Of a DNA stretch of 64,000 nucleotides, positions 1-12,442 are shown one piece after another. The notes beneath the pieces were generated by a model that saw nothing but the letters and a program-made list of their open reading frames with translations, had not been told where the DNA came from and searched no databases. The translations under genes were made by a program, and so were the position numbers. This stretch comes from Felis catus (Eukaryota). Each line of letters opens with the position of its first letter. Position 1 is the first letter of the stretch. The stretch spans positions 21,516,001-21,580,000 of the forward strand of contig NC_058383.1 of assembly GCF_018350175.1 (NCBI RefSeq). The letters are read 5' to 3'.

Positions 1-195
1 TCTCTCTCTATATTATACCAGAGACAGAATTTGTTTTAGGAGCACCTAATTCTCTAGCCACTCCCGCTGGTTAGTGGCTTGTTCTAGATACTCTCGGAAG
101 GTGGTAACTGAGATCATTTCAGCTTGCAAAGTAACACGTCCCAGATTCCCATGCTTACCCCTGGACATACTCAAAGTGAGTGTTAATAATTCCAG

Positions 196-277
196 GTGCT
201 TTAAAGTCCTATTTACGGGAATTACCTGAACCTTTGATGACCTTCAGTCTGTATGAAGAATGGACCCAAGTGGCAAG
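196..277 (+). CDS. ARHGAP17: ARHGAP17 coding exon (~exon 12), RhoGAP domain
   Basis: ttccag|GT GCT TTA AAG...GTG GCA AG|gtaagt; translates (G)ALKSYLRELPEPLMTFSLYEEWTQVA(S), the RhoGAP K-x-Y-L-R-E-L-P-E-P motif as in RICH1. Confidence 0.96.
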
Positions 278-677
278 GTAAGTTTAAAGAACACGGAGTT
301 TTATAAGTTAAAGGAATATTATGGAATATTATGTTCCCTTTGTGAATTATCTTACTCTTGGGGGATATAGAATAACATTAAAATAGCACATTCGTTATTT
401 AGCATGCTCTTAAGTTTAGGGTGAAAATATTGAGTGTGAGTATGATTATTAGTATAGGAAAGTCACCCCCAGTGCATTGGCTTCAATACGTGTGGTGTAT
501 GTCGATGAAGACATATAGTGGAACCCGCACTAATAGATCAGCTGATCTCAAGCCCCTTTTGTATTGAAGACAGCCCTATAACGGGGACAGGTGTCATAGT
601 GATCAGTGGCGATGTGCCTGGTGAACTGTGGACACTCAGCAGGGCAAGAATACAATGTTGATGGCACCAGTCATGAC

Positions 678-900
678 AGTTTACACTTGCTGAGCATTTA
701 CTGTGTCCTAAGTACCTACTAATCTTTGTACCCATTACCTCCTGTAATCCACAATCAATGACCTAAAGGGAAGATGCCATTATCCTTATTTTCCAGACAT
801 GGAAACTGAGGCTTGGGGAGGAACAGGGCCAAGGTAACAGCAAGTAATTGGCAGAGTGGGAATTTAGACCCAGACCTGTCGGACCCAAAGACTGTGCCTC
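678..900 (-). mobile_element. MIR SINE
   Basis: attatccttattttccagacatggaaactgaggct...ccaaggtaacagcaagtaattggcagag, the MIR core in reverse. Confidence 0.75.
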
Positions 901-1622
901 TATCTTTGTCCCTTCCCCTCCACCCCCAGCTTCATCCTGTCCAGGAGCCGCTGGCAGCTTTGTCCAAAAAGTCCCAGGGGCTTCAATCTGGCCCACCAGC
1001 CTGCCTCCCTGTTAGCTTGTGCCTCACGGTTCTGACTCACCTCCTCCGGCAGGTCCCTAATTCCTCACCCCTAAGGGAAGAGGAACAAATCTCCCTTCCC
1101 CTCCACCCCTTCCCCTGTCTTTAGCCACTGTCACCCATTCCCAGCAGATGGGCCGCTGGGTCTGATGAGCTCGGTTGCAGCAGGAGGTGGGGCTGCCCCG
1201 TCGTTTTAACCGCATTTGCGCCAGAACCTTTGTGGCCACAGAATGCGAAACACGTCCTGGGTAGGTGATGAGGTTTTTAAAGTCAGAATAAGTTCTCAGT
1301 TGTGGTCATATCCTTGGAACCTGCGTGTGGCCCAGCCTGTTGTAAGGGTCCATGTTTGTGGGGCTGAATAAATGGAACCCAACATCAGTGTCAGGTAGGA
1401 GGGCTTTCTGGGGTCTCTTTTCTTAGGTAGCCTCTACTCCTCCCGAACTTGATTCTTCTCTCAGTTCTGAGACTCTCAAACTCATCCCTGTGAGGAAATA
1501 CACTTTTCAAAGAAGGTATCTGTTTATTGGTGTATTGATTCCATATACTTGAGAAATGTCAGCATGGGCCACCATCCCATCCCGGTGACACATCGACTGG
1601 CCTTTAAAGTATCATTGTGTTT

Positions 1623-1745
1623 GGGGCGCCTGGGTGGCTCAGTAGGTTAAGCATCCTACTCTTGATCTTAGCTCAGGTCTTGATCTCAGGGTCGTGAGCT
1701 CAAGCCCTGTGTTGGGCTGCACATGGGGCGTGAAGCTTACTTAAA
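1623..1745 (+). mobile_element. Short, older CanSINE (SINEC)
   Basis: ggggcgcctgggtggctcag head; diverged TSD-like ttaaagtatcattgtgtttg / ttaaagtataataacgtttg. Confidence 0.8.
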
Positions 1746-2456
1746 GTATAATAACGTTTGACCCCTTCCTGTAACTCCAGATTGCTTCAGTTGTGGAGGA
1801 TGTTTTAGATCCAAAGGTGTATTGTGTGGGCACCTTCTAACGTGCTCTCCTCCTGGCAGGCAGGGGTGACTGATCTCATCTGGCCCTTTTTTGTGTCTGT
1901 GAAAGTTTGTGTGTTGGAACTGTAGAGCAGAAGAGCTCCTGCAAATGCTTCAGCACAGAAAAGGGCTTCTTGGCCTGGAGACTTGGAGTGGCATGAAGGG
2001 CAGGGAAAGACACTGGTACCTGGGTGCCTGGGAGCTTGGCCACCTCATGTGTGGCTGGGCCGACAAGAGATCTGGGCTCCATGAAGCCACACACAGAGAT
2101 ACGCGTTTTCTAGACAGAATTTTCGGTGGTGTCCTGTCTCACGAGTGCCGGGCATTGGTACGGGCAGTTTGCACGGCGATGCTTCTGGAAACTCACAGTC
2201 ACTCGGTGGAATCAACACTCTCATCCCCTGTTGGGCACGTCAGGAGATTGAGTCTCAGTGAGGCTAACCAACTGCCCAGAGTTAAATATTTAGTTGGTAT
2301 CTGACTCCAAATTTATTTATTTCCAAATCTACCCTGTGTCACAACTGTGCTTTCTCTGTCAATGAAGACATTGCTGTTAATGTAGCCTGTTGACACAGGT
2401 ATTATTAATAGGTGTTTTGATAAAGAGTTATGAATACCGGGTTTTTTTTTCCTCAG

Positions 2457-2537
2457 TGTGCAGGATCAAGACAAAAAACTTCAAGATTTATGGAGAACAT
2501 GTCAGAAGTTGCCACCACAAAATTTTGTTAACTTCAG
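2457..2537 (+). CDS. ARHGAP17: ARHGAP17 coding exon (~exon 13), RhoGAP domain
   Basis: T-rich tract then cctcag|T GTG CAG GAT...AAC TTC AG|gtacga; VQDQDKKLQDLWRTCQKLPPQNFVNF(R); phase matches neighbours. Confidence 0.96.
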
Positions 2538-3854
2538 GTACGAATGACCAGCATTCTGCAAATTAAGCTACCAAGCCACAGCGACCCTGGAGTGAAGAAA
2601 GGTTCCACCTACAGCAGAGGCCACTTAATTCAAGCGCACTACAGAAGTGCTTTGGAGGGTGCCGGGGGTGGGGCGCAGGGCATGGGATTTGATGTGTGTT
2701 ATCGTGCTGCACGTGAAGCACCTGCATTGTGTCCGCACGAACACGTGAGTCGCCTGGTCAGTTTACCACTGCAGCTACGGGGAAGGAGGTTCTTGTGGAA
2801 AGTTGGCTTGACTGCACGTTGGATTCAGAGTCTAAGTTGTTCTATGGGGGCGCGCTGGGCTGGCTTAGTTGGTGGAGCATGTGACTCCTGATCTTGGGGT
2901 TGGGGTTGTGAGTCAAGCCCCACATTGGGGATAGAGATAGATGGATGGGTGGATGGATGGGTAAATAAGCAAGTAAATAAGCAAGCAAATAAGTAAGTAA
3001 ATAAATAAGATTTTCCAGCATGTAAAAGGCAAAAATTAATAATTCTATTTTCTGCAATAGTGTTTTTATACGCTACATAAATTTATCTTTAATAGAGCAT
3101 AAATCGTCCCATTAAATGAAAGGTCAAGAACTGGAGATGATGTATTGCTTTATGGAATAGCTAGGTTTCTAAGAAAATTTACCACAGAATAAATTTCTAG
3201 AATTTAACCTCTATTTTCCTTTTGACTTAAAATGTGACTCTGAAGAAGCATAGAGAGGATAAAAGGTAGCCCTAAGTCATTGAAAACCAAAGAGAATTTT
3301 GTACAGGGGACTTGGCCCAAAATGACAAATACTTGTGAAATTTCTGGTATGTTACCCGACCTGTAATTTCAGTCCTGGATTCTACCACTAAACTAAGCTC
3401 AATATTCCCTTTTAATACCTTAAGTATCAACTTTGCCTTAGGAATATGTTAATATTTTTAGTAACCTTCATTGCTTCATTTAGCACACCCAGCCTGGGAT
3501 TACAGATAGTCTTGGTTAGAACTATGGTGGAACTTTGGGATTTGGCTTCTTTTTTTGTTTATTTTACTCTTTATAATTTTTACTAATTGTATTTGTAATA
3601 GGGAGTATGTTCCCATAGTTCAAAATTCAAAAGCTGTACAGAGAAGAATCTCTCACATATATACACATACATACATTTCTTTCTCTCACATGCTTCCCTT
3701 TTTTTTAAAAAACCAAATGGTAGTATATATTGTATACATCATTCTCTTTAACTTCTTTGCTGGATATACATCCTAAAGATTTTTCCATATCAGTACATAA
3801 CAATTTTTTATGGCTGCATAGTACTCTACTGTATGGATATATTATAATTTATGT

Positions 3855-4290
3855 ATTTAAAAATTTTTTTTAGGTTTTTTTTATTTGTTTTGAAAGAGAG
3901 AGCAAGTGGGGTGGAGGCAAAGAGAGACACGGGAGACAGAGAGAGTCCCAAACAGGCTCTGCACCACACCGTAGAGCCCTGCTCATGAACTGTGAGATCA
4001 TGACCCGAGCTGAAATCAAGAGTCAGATGCTTAACCAACTGAGCCACCCACGCACCCCCCCCCGCTTTTTTTTTTAATTATTTTTAAGTTTGTTTATTTA
4101 TTTTGAAAGAAAGAACAAGCAGGGTAGAGGCAGAGATAATTTTTTTTAAGTTTATTTATTTATCTTGAGAGAGGGGGTGGGGCCCAGAGAGAGGATTCCA
4201 AGCAGGCTCTGCACTGACAGCACAGAGCCCAATGCAGGGCTTGAACTCACAAACCTCGAAATCATAGCCTGAGCCACCCAGGCGCCCCTG
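3855..4290 (-). mobile_element. Cluster of 2-3 SINEC_Fc elements
   Basis: Reverse heads (tgagccacccaggcgcccc), (GA)n and poly-T tails. Confidence 0.85.
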
Positions 4291-4763
4291 AGGTGCTGTG
4301 CTTATATAGAAGAGAGTATATCTATATGGTAAATTGGAGATTTTCATAATTACCACATAAAGCATTTTCAAATACGATTTCCTTTAAGCAGTGTACCTAT
4401 ACTTGTATTTTTTTATGTTTGTATTAAAATATATTGAGCCCACAGCTAATCATATTGTAATTGAGGGGTACATAGGTAGGGCATAAAGGAGAAATGGATT
4501 AGAAATATACAGTAAATAGGGATTGAATCATTGAGGTTTACACGTGAGCTCTTTTCCTCTTCCAAGCCCTAACGTGGGGCTTTCTGTTCTCTGAAGCAAA
4601 GAACACAGGACTTTGTAAAATACTGAACCTGAGCCAGATTCTGATTTAGCGGCACTCTGCAGTTTGCACCTGAGCCATCTGGAACTGAGCACGTGGGCAG
4701 GAGGATGCTATAAGTGCAGAGGTTTCAGAGTACGTGCTTCCTCTCTTCTCGTTTCTTCCATAG

Positions 4764-4877
4764 GTATTTAATCAAGTTCCTTGCAAAGCTTGCCCAGACC
4801 AGCGACATTAATAAAATGACTCCCAGCAACATTGCAATTGTGTTAGGCCCTAACTTACTATGGGCCAAAAACGAAGG
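4764..4877 (+). CDS. ARHGAP17: ARHGAP17 coding exon (~exon 14), RhoGAP domain
   Basis: ccatag|G TAT TTA...GAA GG|gtaagt; YLIKFLAKLAQTSDINKMTPSNIAIVLGPNLLWAKNE(G), the canonical NKM-x3-N-x-A-x-V-x-GPNL RhoGAP motif. Confidence 0.97.
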
Positions 4878-6872
4878 GTAAGTCTTCCCCATATGCCTGG
4901 ATTCATCTCTTCTCTCCACCTGGTGGGAATACATTCTGGTGTAAGATGCACTTCAGAGTTGCGCTTCTGAACTTGGGTTTTTCCATTTAGCCAACATTCT
5001 TGGAACACAGCTATGAACTGGGTCCTGTCCCTGGTGCTGGTCACATGCACAGTCCTCAGAGGGTCCCACTCTTGGGCAGTCAGGCAGATGAACAGCTGTG
5101 GCACAGTGATGAGCTCTGCACATAGTCTGTGCTCGTGGGGATGCTGTCACAGATGTTATAAAGTTGGATGACCATGGTACTTACTGAAGGAACACAGCTC
5201 AGGCTGAGAAGTTCAGGGAGAGCCTTGCACGGCACTTGGGCTATACTTGGATGAATGAATACCTTCCTGCAGGTGCGACCAGATAAGCAAAGTCATTGCA
5301 GGCATGGAAGGGTCTGGTTGCTAATTTGGGGCTGGGAGTGCTGTCATCTGGTCTTGTATAATCAGGGGCCAGGAGACTGTGACTGGGGATTATGCAGCCA
5401 GAGCCAGGTTCTGAAGAGCCTGACGTATCTTGCTGAGGTTTAGAACGAATTTAAGGGATCATAAGTGGTCAGGGAGGCATCAGGGTTTCTAAGCAGAAGA
5501 ATGACTTCATCCAACCATATTTGGAAAGATAATTTGCTGGCACTGAGAAATGTGGATTGGAGGAGAGGGGTCAGGGAGACCAGCTAGAAAGCTCCTGGAA
5601 AATCGCTGACACTGACATTTACTCTGTCCAGGGGCATAATAATTAACCTCATTTCAATTCTCACAAATAACCTTTCTAATAGGTGCTTCTGTCCTCATTT
5701 TTACAGAAGAGGACCAGTAACTTGCCTAAGTTTGCACAGCAGGGAAGTCATGGGACCCCCAGGCCACATCCCGAACCTTCCCCACCACCCCAGGACTCCC
5801 TCCATGTTTCTTCATATTGGAAAATCATGGGCAGTCCTCATCTCCATTAAAAAAAAATGCAGTGACTTTCTGAATTAAAACCTTTCTTTTTTTTTCATTT
5901 ATTTATTCACTCATGCCCGCCCAACCATTATGTATAAGATTACTTAAAAAGATCCAATATCATAAAGCAAAACTAACACTACGTTGATATACAAAGTTAA
6001 CTACATACATCATATCTTACAGCCAATAAATTCCAGGTAGACCAAAGGATTAATTATATAAAAAGTGATGCCATAAACATGGCAGGTAGATACTTACTGC
6101 CTTTTGGGATAGAGAGGTCTTTTCGAAACATAAAATTGGTGTAAACAATTTAAAAATGAATAGATTTGTCTCAACAGCTACAAACTTCTAAATGTCAGAA
6201 AGCACCTTAAGCAAATGGTAATTCACGAACTATGAAGGAGTTCCTCCAGAAGTGTCCAGAATATATTGAAAGGTCTTGCAAATCAATCAGCAGATAGTAT
6301 CTCCTCAAAAAGAAAACTTGGCTGAGATCATGAGTGAAGAGTTGCTCCCTAGTCCAGCAGGGTTCTAAGGCACAAGGGCAATCAGAATCCAGAAGGACGG
6401 AAGGGAGGACTGAGTGGGCAGTGGGGAAAATGTACAACCGCGCTTGCATTTTAAGCTGGAATTTGAAAGGAGCTAGAACGTTTGCTTGATTGGTAATGGG
6501 GGTGAAGATGTTCTTCCCGGTGGGAAGAGAGGTCAGAGGGGTATAGAGGGAGGTTTGGGGCAGTCAGGCAAGGGCTCCAGCCTCTTGGGGGTTCAGTGTC
6601 CTCATTTATGACCCAGACCTTGTAACAGTCCGTGTTGTAAACATTGAGTTCAGTGAGGTGAGTTCACTGAGGCACGTGGGGGCTCCCTGGGTGTCAGGCC
6701 TTCGCAGCTTCTTGGCTTCTGTGGTGGGTGTTCTGACTCTGAACTGGAACGTGAGCTCCTTGACAGCGGGGATAGTGATTTTTATTTTCTTCCTTTTGAG
6801 CCCTGACATTCACACTGTCAACTTCTGAACACGTATCTTGGGACCAGATATCACAGCCTTAATACTGTGGGG

Positions 6873-7082
6873 TTTTTTTTTTTTTTAAGTTTATTTATTC
6901 ATTTTGAGAGAACGAGAGCAGAGGAGAGGCAGAGAGAGAGAGGGAGAGAGAGAGTCCCAAGCAGGCCCTGAACTGTCAGCACAGAGCCTGACACAGGGCT
7001 CGAACCCACGAACCGTGAGATCATGACCTGAGCCAAAAGCAAGAGTCAGATGCTTAACCGACTGAGCCACCCAGGTGCCCCC
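6873..7082 (-). mobile_element. SINEC_Fc with TSD
   Basis: Full element; TSD ccttaatact(g/a)tg on both sides. Confidence 0.9.
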
Positions 7083-7529
7083 TTAATACTATGTTTACTG
7101 TGGGGGCTCAGGCTTTCTGATATGAAGGGCACAGCAAAACAATACATACTTACTGCTGTATTATGGGCAAAACTGGTGATGGTATCTTGGGTCTTACAAG
7201 ATAACTACCACGGGCAACACTGTGGGAACACGGTGGGAAAATGTTTGGGTGACATCCTGCTCCAAACCAACTTAAAATCAGCATTTGGACTGAACACTGT
7301 TGTTCACTGGCTCACCTCGCTGTTAACACGGTGCACGCAGACCAAGGAGCGATAATCAAGTGGGGGTAGTTTTTCCTCCTGGGGCATCACCGCCACACTC
7401 CTAGGTCAGAGCCCCGTGCATCTAATTTTTGCACTTGTGCTTGAAGATTTTATCGTTTTAAAGTAATTACACTGCCGTGACACAGCCTGCCTGGGGGAAG
7501 CACTTTGACTTTGTGAATGTCCTTTGCAG

Positions 7530-7621
7530 GTCGCTAGCTGAAATGGCAGCGGCCACATCTGTCCACGTGGTTGCGGTCATTGAGCCCATCATTCAGCACG
7601 CCGACTGGTTCTTCCCTGAAG
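7530..7621 (+). CDS. ARHGAP17: ARHGAP17 coding exon (~exon 15), end of RhoGAP domain
   Basis: ttgcag|G TCG CTA...CCT GAA G|gtaatt; SLAEMAAATSVHVVAVIEPIIQHADWFFPE. Confidence 0.96.
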
Positions 7622-8735
7622 GTAATTCACCTTTCCAACTTCACTGACCGCCCAAGCAACACAATAACAGTATAAGAAATTCTTCTGAGAAGAAAATGCA
7701 TCAGTAATCCCTTCACCATTACCTAACTGATTTCCCTTTTTCGCGTTTCTTTTTAAAATAGACCGCTTACGTTCATCTTTGACGTATTGGCCACCACATT
7801 ATTTTGTGTTTCGCTTTGTTTCACTTAACACTGGAGTTGTTCGCTCTAACCAACGTATACTGGAATACCCACTAGGCACCACATGCTGGTGGTGACATGC
7901 TGTCCGTCCCCTGGAGGAACTTGGCCCTTGGAGAAGGACACATAAACAGATATTGTAACACATGGCGAGTGAGAAAGAAAGGCGGATAGTTTGACAAAGT
8001 CAGATGCTGGGCACAAAGAACCAGGGATTGCTTTGTAGAAGAGGTGACACTGAATGTGCAGTTTTCCATTGGGAAGACCTCTTTTTGTTTCTCTAGGCAG
8101 AGAGCTGGTTTTTTCGTAAAGGTGGAAGGTAACACAGGATAGGTGGATCGGAGCCATTTTGTGAAGGTCGGAGTTGGCATGTCAGAGAAGTAGGATTTCA
8201 GTCTACAGGCCGTAGATTTTCAAACTGCGTCTGTTGTAGTCCTGGGATCCTCAGAGTTTCCACGACCCTCTTTGGGGCCACTGGTCGGCATGTTTTGGGA
8301 GTCCAGACCCCCGCCCCTTATTCTGTGAGCTCTATGAATGACCCCAGGCCAGGCTCACCTCTTCTTTACCACGGTCTCCACACCATCGAGAATCCCACCT
8401 CCCTCATGTAGGCTGCTCAACAAATACGTGATGTCTGAGTGAATCCTGGCATTCTGCCCAAGATTTCTTTGGGAAAATGAGTCTTGGAAAAACTGCTACA
8501 GGCAGTACAGAGTTGGTGTTGCCTTTTATTTGCATTTTATAATCAAAATGTAAATACTTTTCATTTTTTTATCCAAAGAAGTAATCCATGCTTATTGCCC
8601 TTGTCCATATTCCATGATTTTTTTTTTTTTTAAACAAAGAAGAAAGCAGAGGGATCGTGTAAGTTATATTCTGAATCACACCCCTTCCTTATTTCTAGTT
8701 CCTTCATTTTACCTCCCCTGGCTTGGGAAACCATT

Positions 8736-8736
<1 letters not shown>

Positions 8737-8768
<32 letters not shown>

Positions 8769-8803
8769 ACTAGATAGAGAGAACCAGCACAAATGAGGGA
8801 GGG

Positions 8804-8838
<35 letters not shown>

Positions 8839-8963
8839 ATCCCAAGCAGGCTCCACACCCAGCACCAAGCCCAACGTGGGGCTCAATCTCATGAACCACC
8901 AGCTCATGACCTGAGCCAAAATCGAGAGTGGGACACTTAACCGACAGAGCCACCCAGGTACCC
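8737..8963 (-). mobile_element. SINEC_Fc with TSD
   Basis: Poly-T, (GA)n, reverse head; TSD cttgg(g/c)aaaccattc. Confidence 0.9.
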
Positions 8964-9100
8964 CTTGGCAAACCATTCCTAAGAGGAGAGTGCAGGGGTT
9001 CCACTTGTGAAGCAATGAGGGCTGAGGGGCTGAAGAATGAGGCTCTCGTAGCAGAGGGAGTTTTAAAGCTCTGTGCCCCCATCTGCTCTCTCGTCACACG

Positions 9101-9843
9101 TGGGCAAACCTCATTTTATGGCGCTTTGCTTTATTGCGCGTCTCGATACTGCATTATTTTACAGACAAGGCTTGTGGTGACCCTGCATTGGGCATGTCTG
9201 TTGGTGCCGTTTTTCTGACAGCATTTGCTCATCTCGTGTCTCTGTCACATTATGGTAATTCTTGTGGTATTTCAAATTTTCTCATTATATTTGTTGTAGT
9301 GATCTGTGATTAGTGATTATGACTCACTGAGAGCTCAGATGATGGTTAGCATTTCTTAAGAATAAAATCGTTTTAAAAGACAAGTGAATTTATTTTGAGA
9401 GAAAGAGAAAGAAAGCGAGGTTGGGGGAGGGGCAGAGAGATGGGGGAGGGGCAGAGAGAGAGGGAGAAAGAGAGAATCCCAAGCAGGCTCCGTGCCGTCA
9501 GTGCAGAGCCCAATGCAGGACTTGAACCCGTGAACTGTGAGATCATGACCTGAGCTGAGATCAAGGGTTGGTCGCTTAACCGACTGAGCCACCAAGGTAC
9601 TTTCTATTTCAAGTATATACGTTGTGTTTTTAGACATAATGCTATTACATGCTGAATAGATGACCGTATAGAGTAAACCTAACTTTCATATGCTCTGGGA
9701 AACCAAAAAAGTCACTTGACTTGCTTCATGACGATACTCACTTTATTGGGGTATTCACTTTATCGTGATACTTGCTTTATCGCGATATTCGCCTTGTTGC
9801 AGTGGTCGGACGGCGCACCTGCAGCGTCTCCGAGGTGTGCCTG
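9101..9843 (+). mobile_element. Internally deleted Tigger1-like (TcMar) DNA transposon, interrupted by a SINEC (~9380-9598, minus)
   Basis: Degenerate TIRs tgggcaaacctc / gaggtgtgcctg followed by TA; Tigger1 end motifs ttttagacataatgctatt and ctgggaaaccaaaaaa. Confidence 0.85.
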
Positions 9844-9870
9844 TACACTTGTTTCTTTCTCTTGTTGCAG

Positions 9871-10027
9871 AGGTGGAATTTAACGTCTCAGAAGCATTCG
9901 TGCCTCTCGTCACCCCAAATTCCAATCACTCATCTCACACTGGAAATGACTCTGACTCAGGGACCCTCGAGAGGAAACGACCTGCCAGCATGGCAGTAAT
10001 GGAAGGGGACTTGGTGAAGAAGGAGAG
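9871..10027 (+). CDS. ARHGAP17: ARHGAP17 coding exon (~exon 16)
   Basis: ttgcag|AG GTG GAA...GAG AG|gtgtgt; EVEFNVSEAFVPLVTPNSNHSSHTGNDSDSGTLERKRPASMAVMEGDLVKKE, within ORF 9765..10076. Confidence 0.95.
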
Positions 10028-11742
10028 GTGTGTGTTCAGAGCTGTTCCCTCGCATCCACCAGCAGATGTCATGTAGAAGGATGGTTGAACCCTCGGTATC
10101 TGGTCCGGCCTCAGCCGACCTGTCATGAGAATGGCCCACTATGCCCCCGTGATTGTTAGGTCCAGATATTTAAGGAATTTTGCTCTAGTTCATTCCAAAC
10201 ATTAATATGACTTACGTAAGACAGATGGGTAGCTTGTCTGCTAACATCCAGACCGTGTGCGTCCAGGCTTTCCTTGGTGGTCTGTGGGATGGCATCATAC
10301 ACGTGACAGAGCCACCCGAACGCACTCGGGGAAAAGAGAGAGGGCGGGGGAGAAAAGTTAAATATTGTGGACAGATGTCCAGGAGCGAGTGTGAGAATAA
10401 CCCACCTCTCACAGTAAGTTGCGTGACTTGGTGTTTAAAGAGACCTATTTTGGATAGAACGTGGCCCTTCAGTGGAAGCCAACCACTGAATCTGATGTTC
10501 AGCTGGAGAAACTTGAGTATTTCCAATTCTGGAAGAAAAAAAAGATGGTGGTATCAGATCTAGTGAGAGACCGTAGGTCTCCGTGCTGTGCTCCATGGGC
10601 GATTTTAGTGGGATTTTCAAAGGTTAGTAAGGCTCTTTGTGATTTGTGTCTTCAGAGGCCAGCCTGCTCAGTGTGTATGATGAAATACCCCTTACTCACC
10701 AGTAAGGCCAAGTTAGGCCTGTTTGAGTAGCGTGCTGTTCTTGCACACGCATAAGTAATAACATCACAGACGTGGTGTTACATTACAGCTAAACAGCAGG
10801 CTCCTATTTCGATCACCCGATCTTGTAGCGAGCTGTGATCTTTTTTTGTTTGATTTTGCCTGGTAGTGGTTGTTTTTAATCCACGGTGAAGGCTCTCCTT
10901 CCCTACTCGGTCCCCCTGAAGCCCGCATTTATTACGTGCCGAGACCTTACTTCTCTGCAGTCCCATTCACACATTTGGTCCTGCTGCTCGATGACAAACT
11001 GTCCACCACGAAATGAGCCTTCACGGACTTTAGGTTACAAAATGCAGTGTTAACGGGTCTGACTGGCATATAGTAAACGATTCTTGGTTACCCCCCGGGG
11101 TGGATTCTCCCCACCAGCTGACCCAGTAAACATGAGCTCAAGAAGCCATGCGCCTCGATTTTTCAAACTGAAGAGTTTGAAAGTTCACGCATCAAGTGAA
11201 TCTTAAGCGAAAAGTGAATCTTCCTCCTCCCCACCCTCCAACTGCCATCTCCTTCCCAAAAGCAACTGTTTTTCCCAAGGTTACGGACCCTTTCAGATCT
11301 ATTCTTTGCACACTCATGTACCAGTGTTTCTACATCTCGGCTCAAGAAGCAGAGTGGCGTCACAACCTTCCCACTCAGCTCCCACCTCATCCCCCAAACA
11401 CACAGACTCGAGGTGGCCCTTGGGTGGCACGCAGCTAGGCAGGCTAACGTGATGCCACTCACTCGAGACGAGGCCCGCCCGTTGGCTTGCAGCTGTTCAC
11501 CCCCAGACTGAGAAAGGACACTGATCGGGACCGGGTCTGTCGGCTCGCTCAGGTTTAAAGCCCGGGTGAGCTGCTTGCCTTGGTAATAGGGATGGCCTCG
11601 AACCTGGTCCGCGCCGCTTCACTGCATGCTGGGCAACCGGGGGGCTGTCCACGCGTGTGGGTTTCAACACGCGTGGACCGATGGGCTTCTGTCTCAGTAG
11701 TCAGCTTGCATGGTGTGTTGACTGTTTCTTCTTTCTGTGTAG

Positions 11743-11973
11743 CTTTGGTGTGAAGCTTATGGACTTCCAGGCCCACCGGCGAGGTGGCACTCTAAATAGA
11801 AAGCACATAGCCCCAGCTTTCCAGCCGCCACTCCCGCCCACAGATGGCGGCACCTTGGCTCCTGCGGGCCCAGAGCCCCCTCCCCAGAGCTCTAGGGCTG
11901 AAAGCAGCACAGGGGGTGGGGCTGTCCCCTCCTCTGCGGGCATACTGGAGCAGGGGCCAAGCCTGGGCGACAG
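11743..11973 (+). CDS. ARHGAP17: ARHGAP17 frame-preserving (231 nt) cassette exon (~exon 17)
   Basis: tgtag|C TTT GGT GTG AAG...GGC GAC AG|gtaagg; FGVKLMDFQAHRRGGTLNRKHIAPAFQPPLPP...EQGPSLGD; phase 2/2. Confidence 0.93.
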
Positions 11974-12353
11974 GTAAGGAGGCCGGCTTCTGCTGGGTGC
12001 CCGGTGCCCCAGCCTTCTCGCAGGGGCTGGCCTGTGGGCACGGCATCCAGGCCCACAGAATCACTCGGCAGAGAGTGAACCGGATTCGCCTTCACTCTTC
12101 TGGTTGGCAAAGGATGGGGAAAAAAAGACTGCAAATTGCTTGCTTCCTTTCCTGTTTTCCAAAAGAAGCAACATTCGTTTGCATTCTTTACCGTACTGCT
12201 TCGGTGCTGGAAGCCAATAGGTGGCTAGCCGTATTGTAAACCTCTTTTAGCTGTTGGATGTGCACTCGATGTCCATTGACCACTCGCTTGTTGCCATCTA
12301 GTGTGCTAACTGGTTAACACTTGAATGTAGCAAGTTACTTATAGTATCCTTGG

Positions 12354-12442
12354 CATTCATTCATTCATTCATTCACTCATCCACTCACCCACCCATCCAT
12401 CTACCCACCCGTCCACCCGTCCATCCGTCCATCCATCCATCC
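12354..12442. repeat. (CATT)n/(CATC)n tetranucleotide repeat, probably an L2 tail
   Basis: cattcattcatt...catccatcc followed by L2-like ttattgaa...actggacgctgtactagatgc. Confidence 0.75.

Noticed and set aside
12293..12304. CTCF-like motifs (gccatctagtgt here; also ~1141, ~10059, ~20336)
   Set aside because: Each has a mismatch in the core, and such hits are expected by chance in 64 kb without ChIP data
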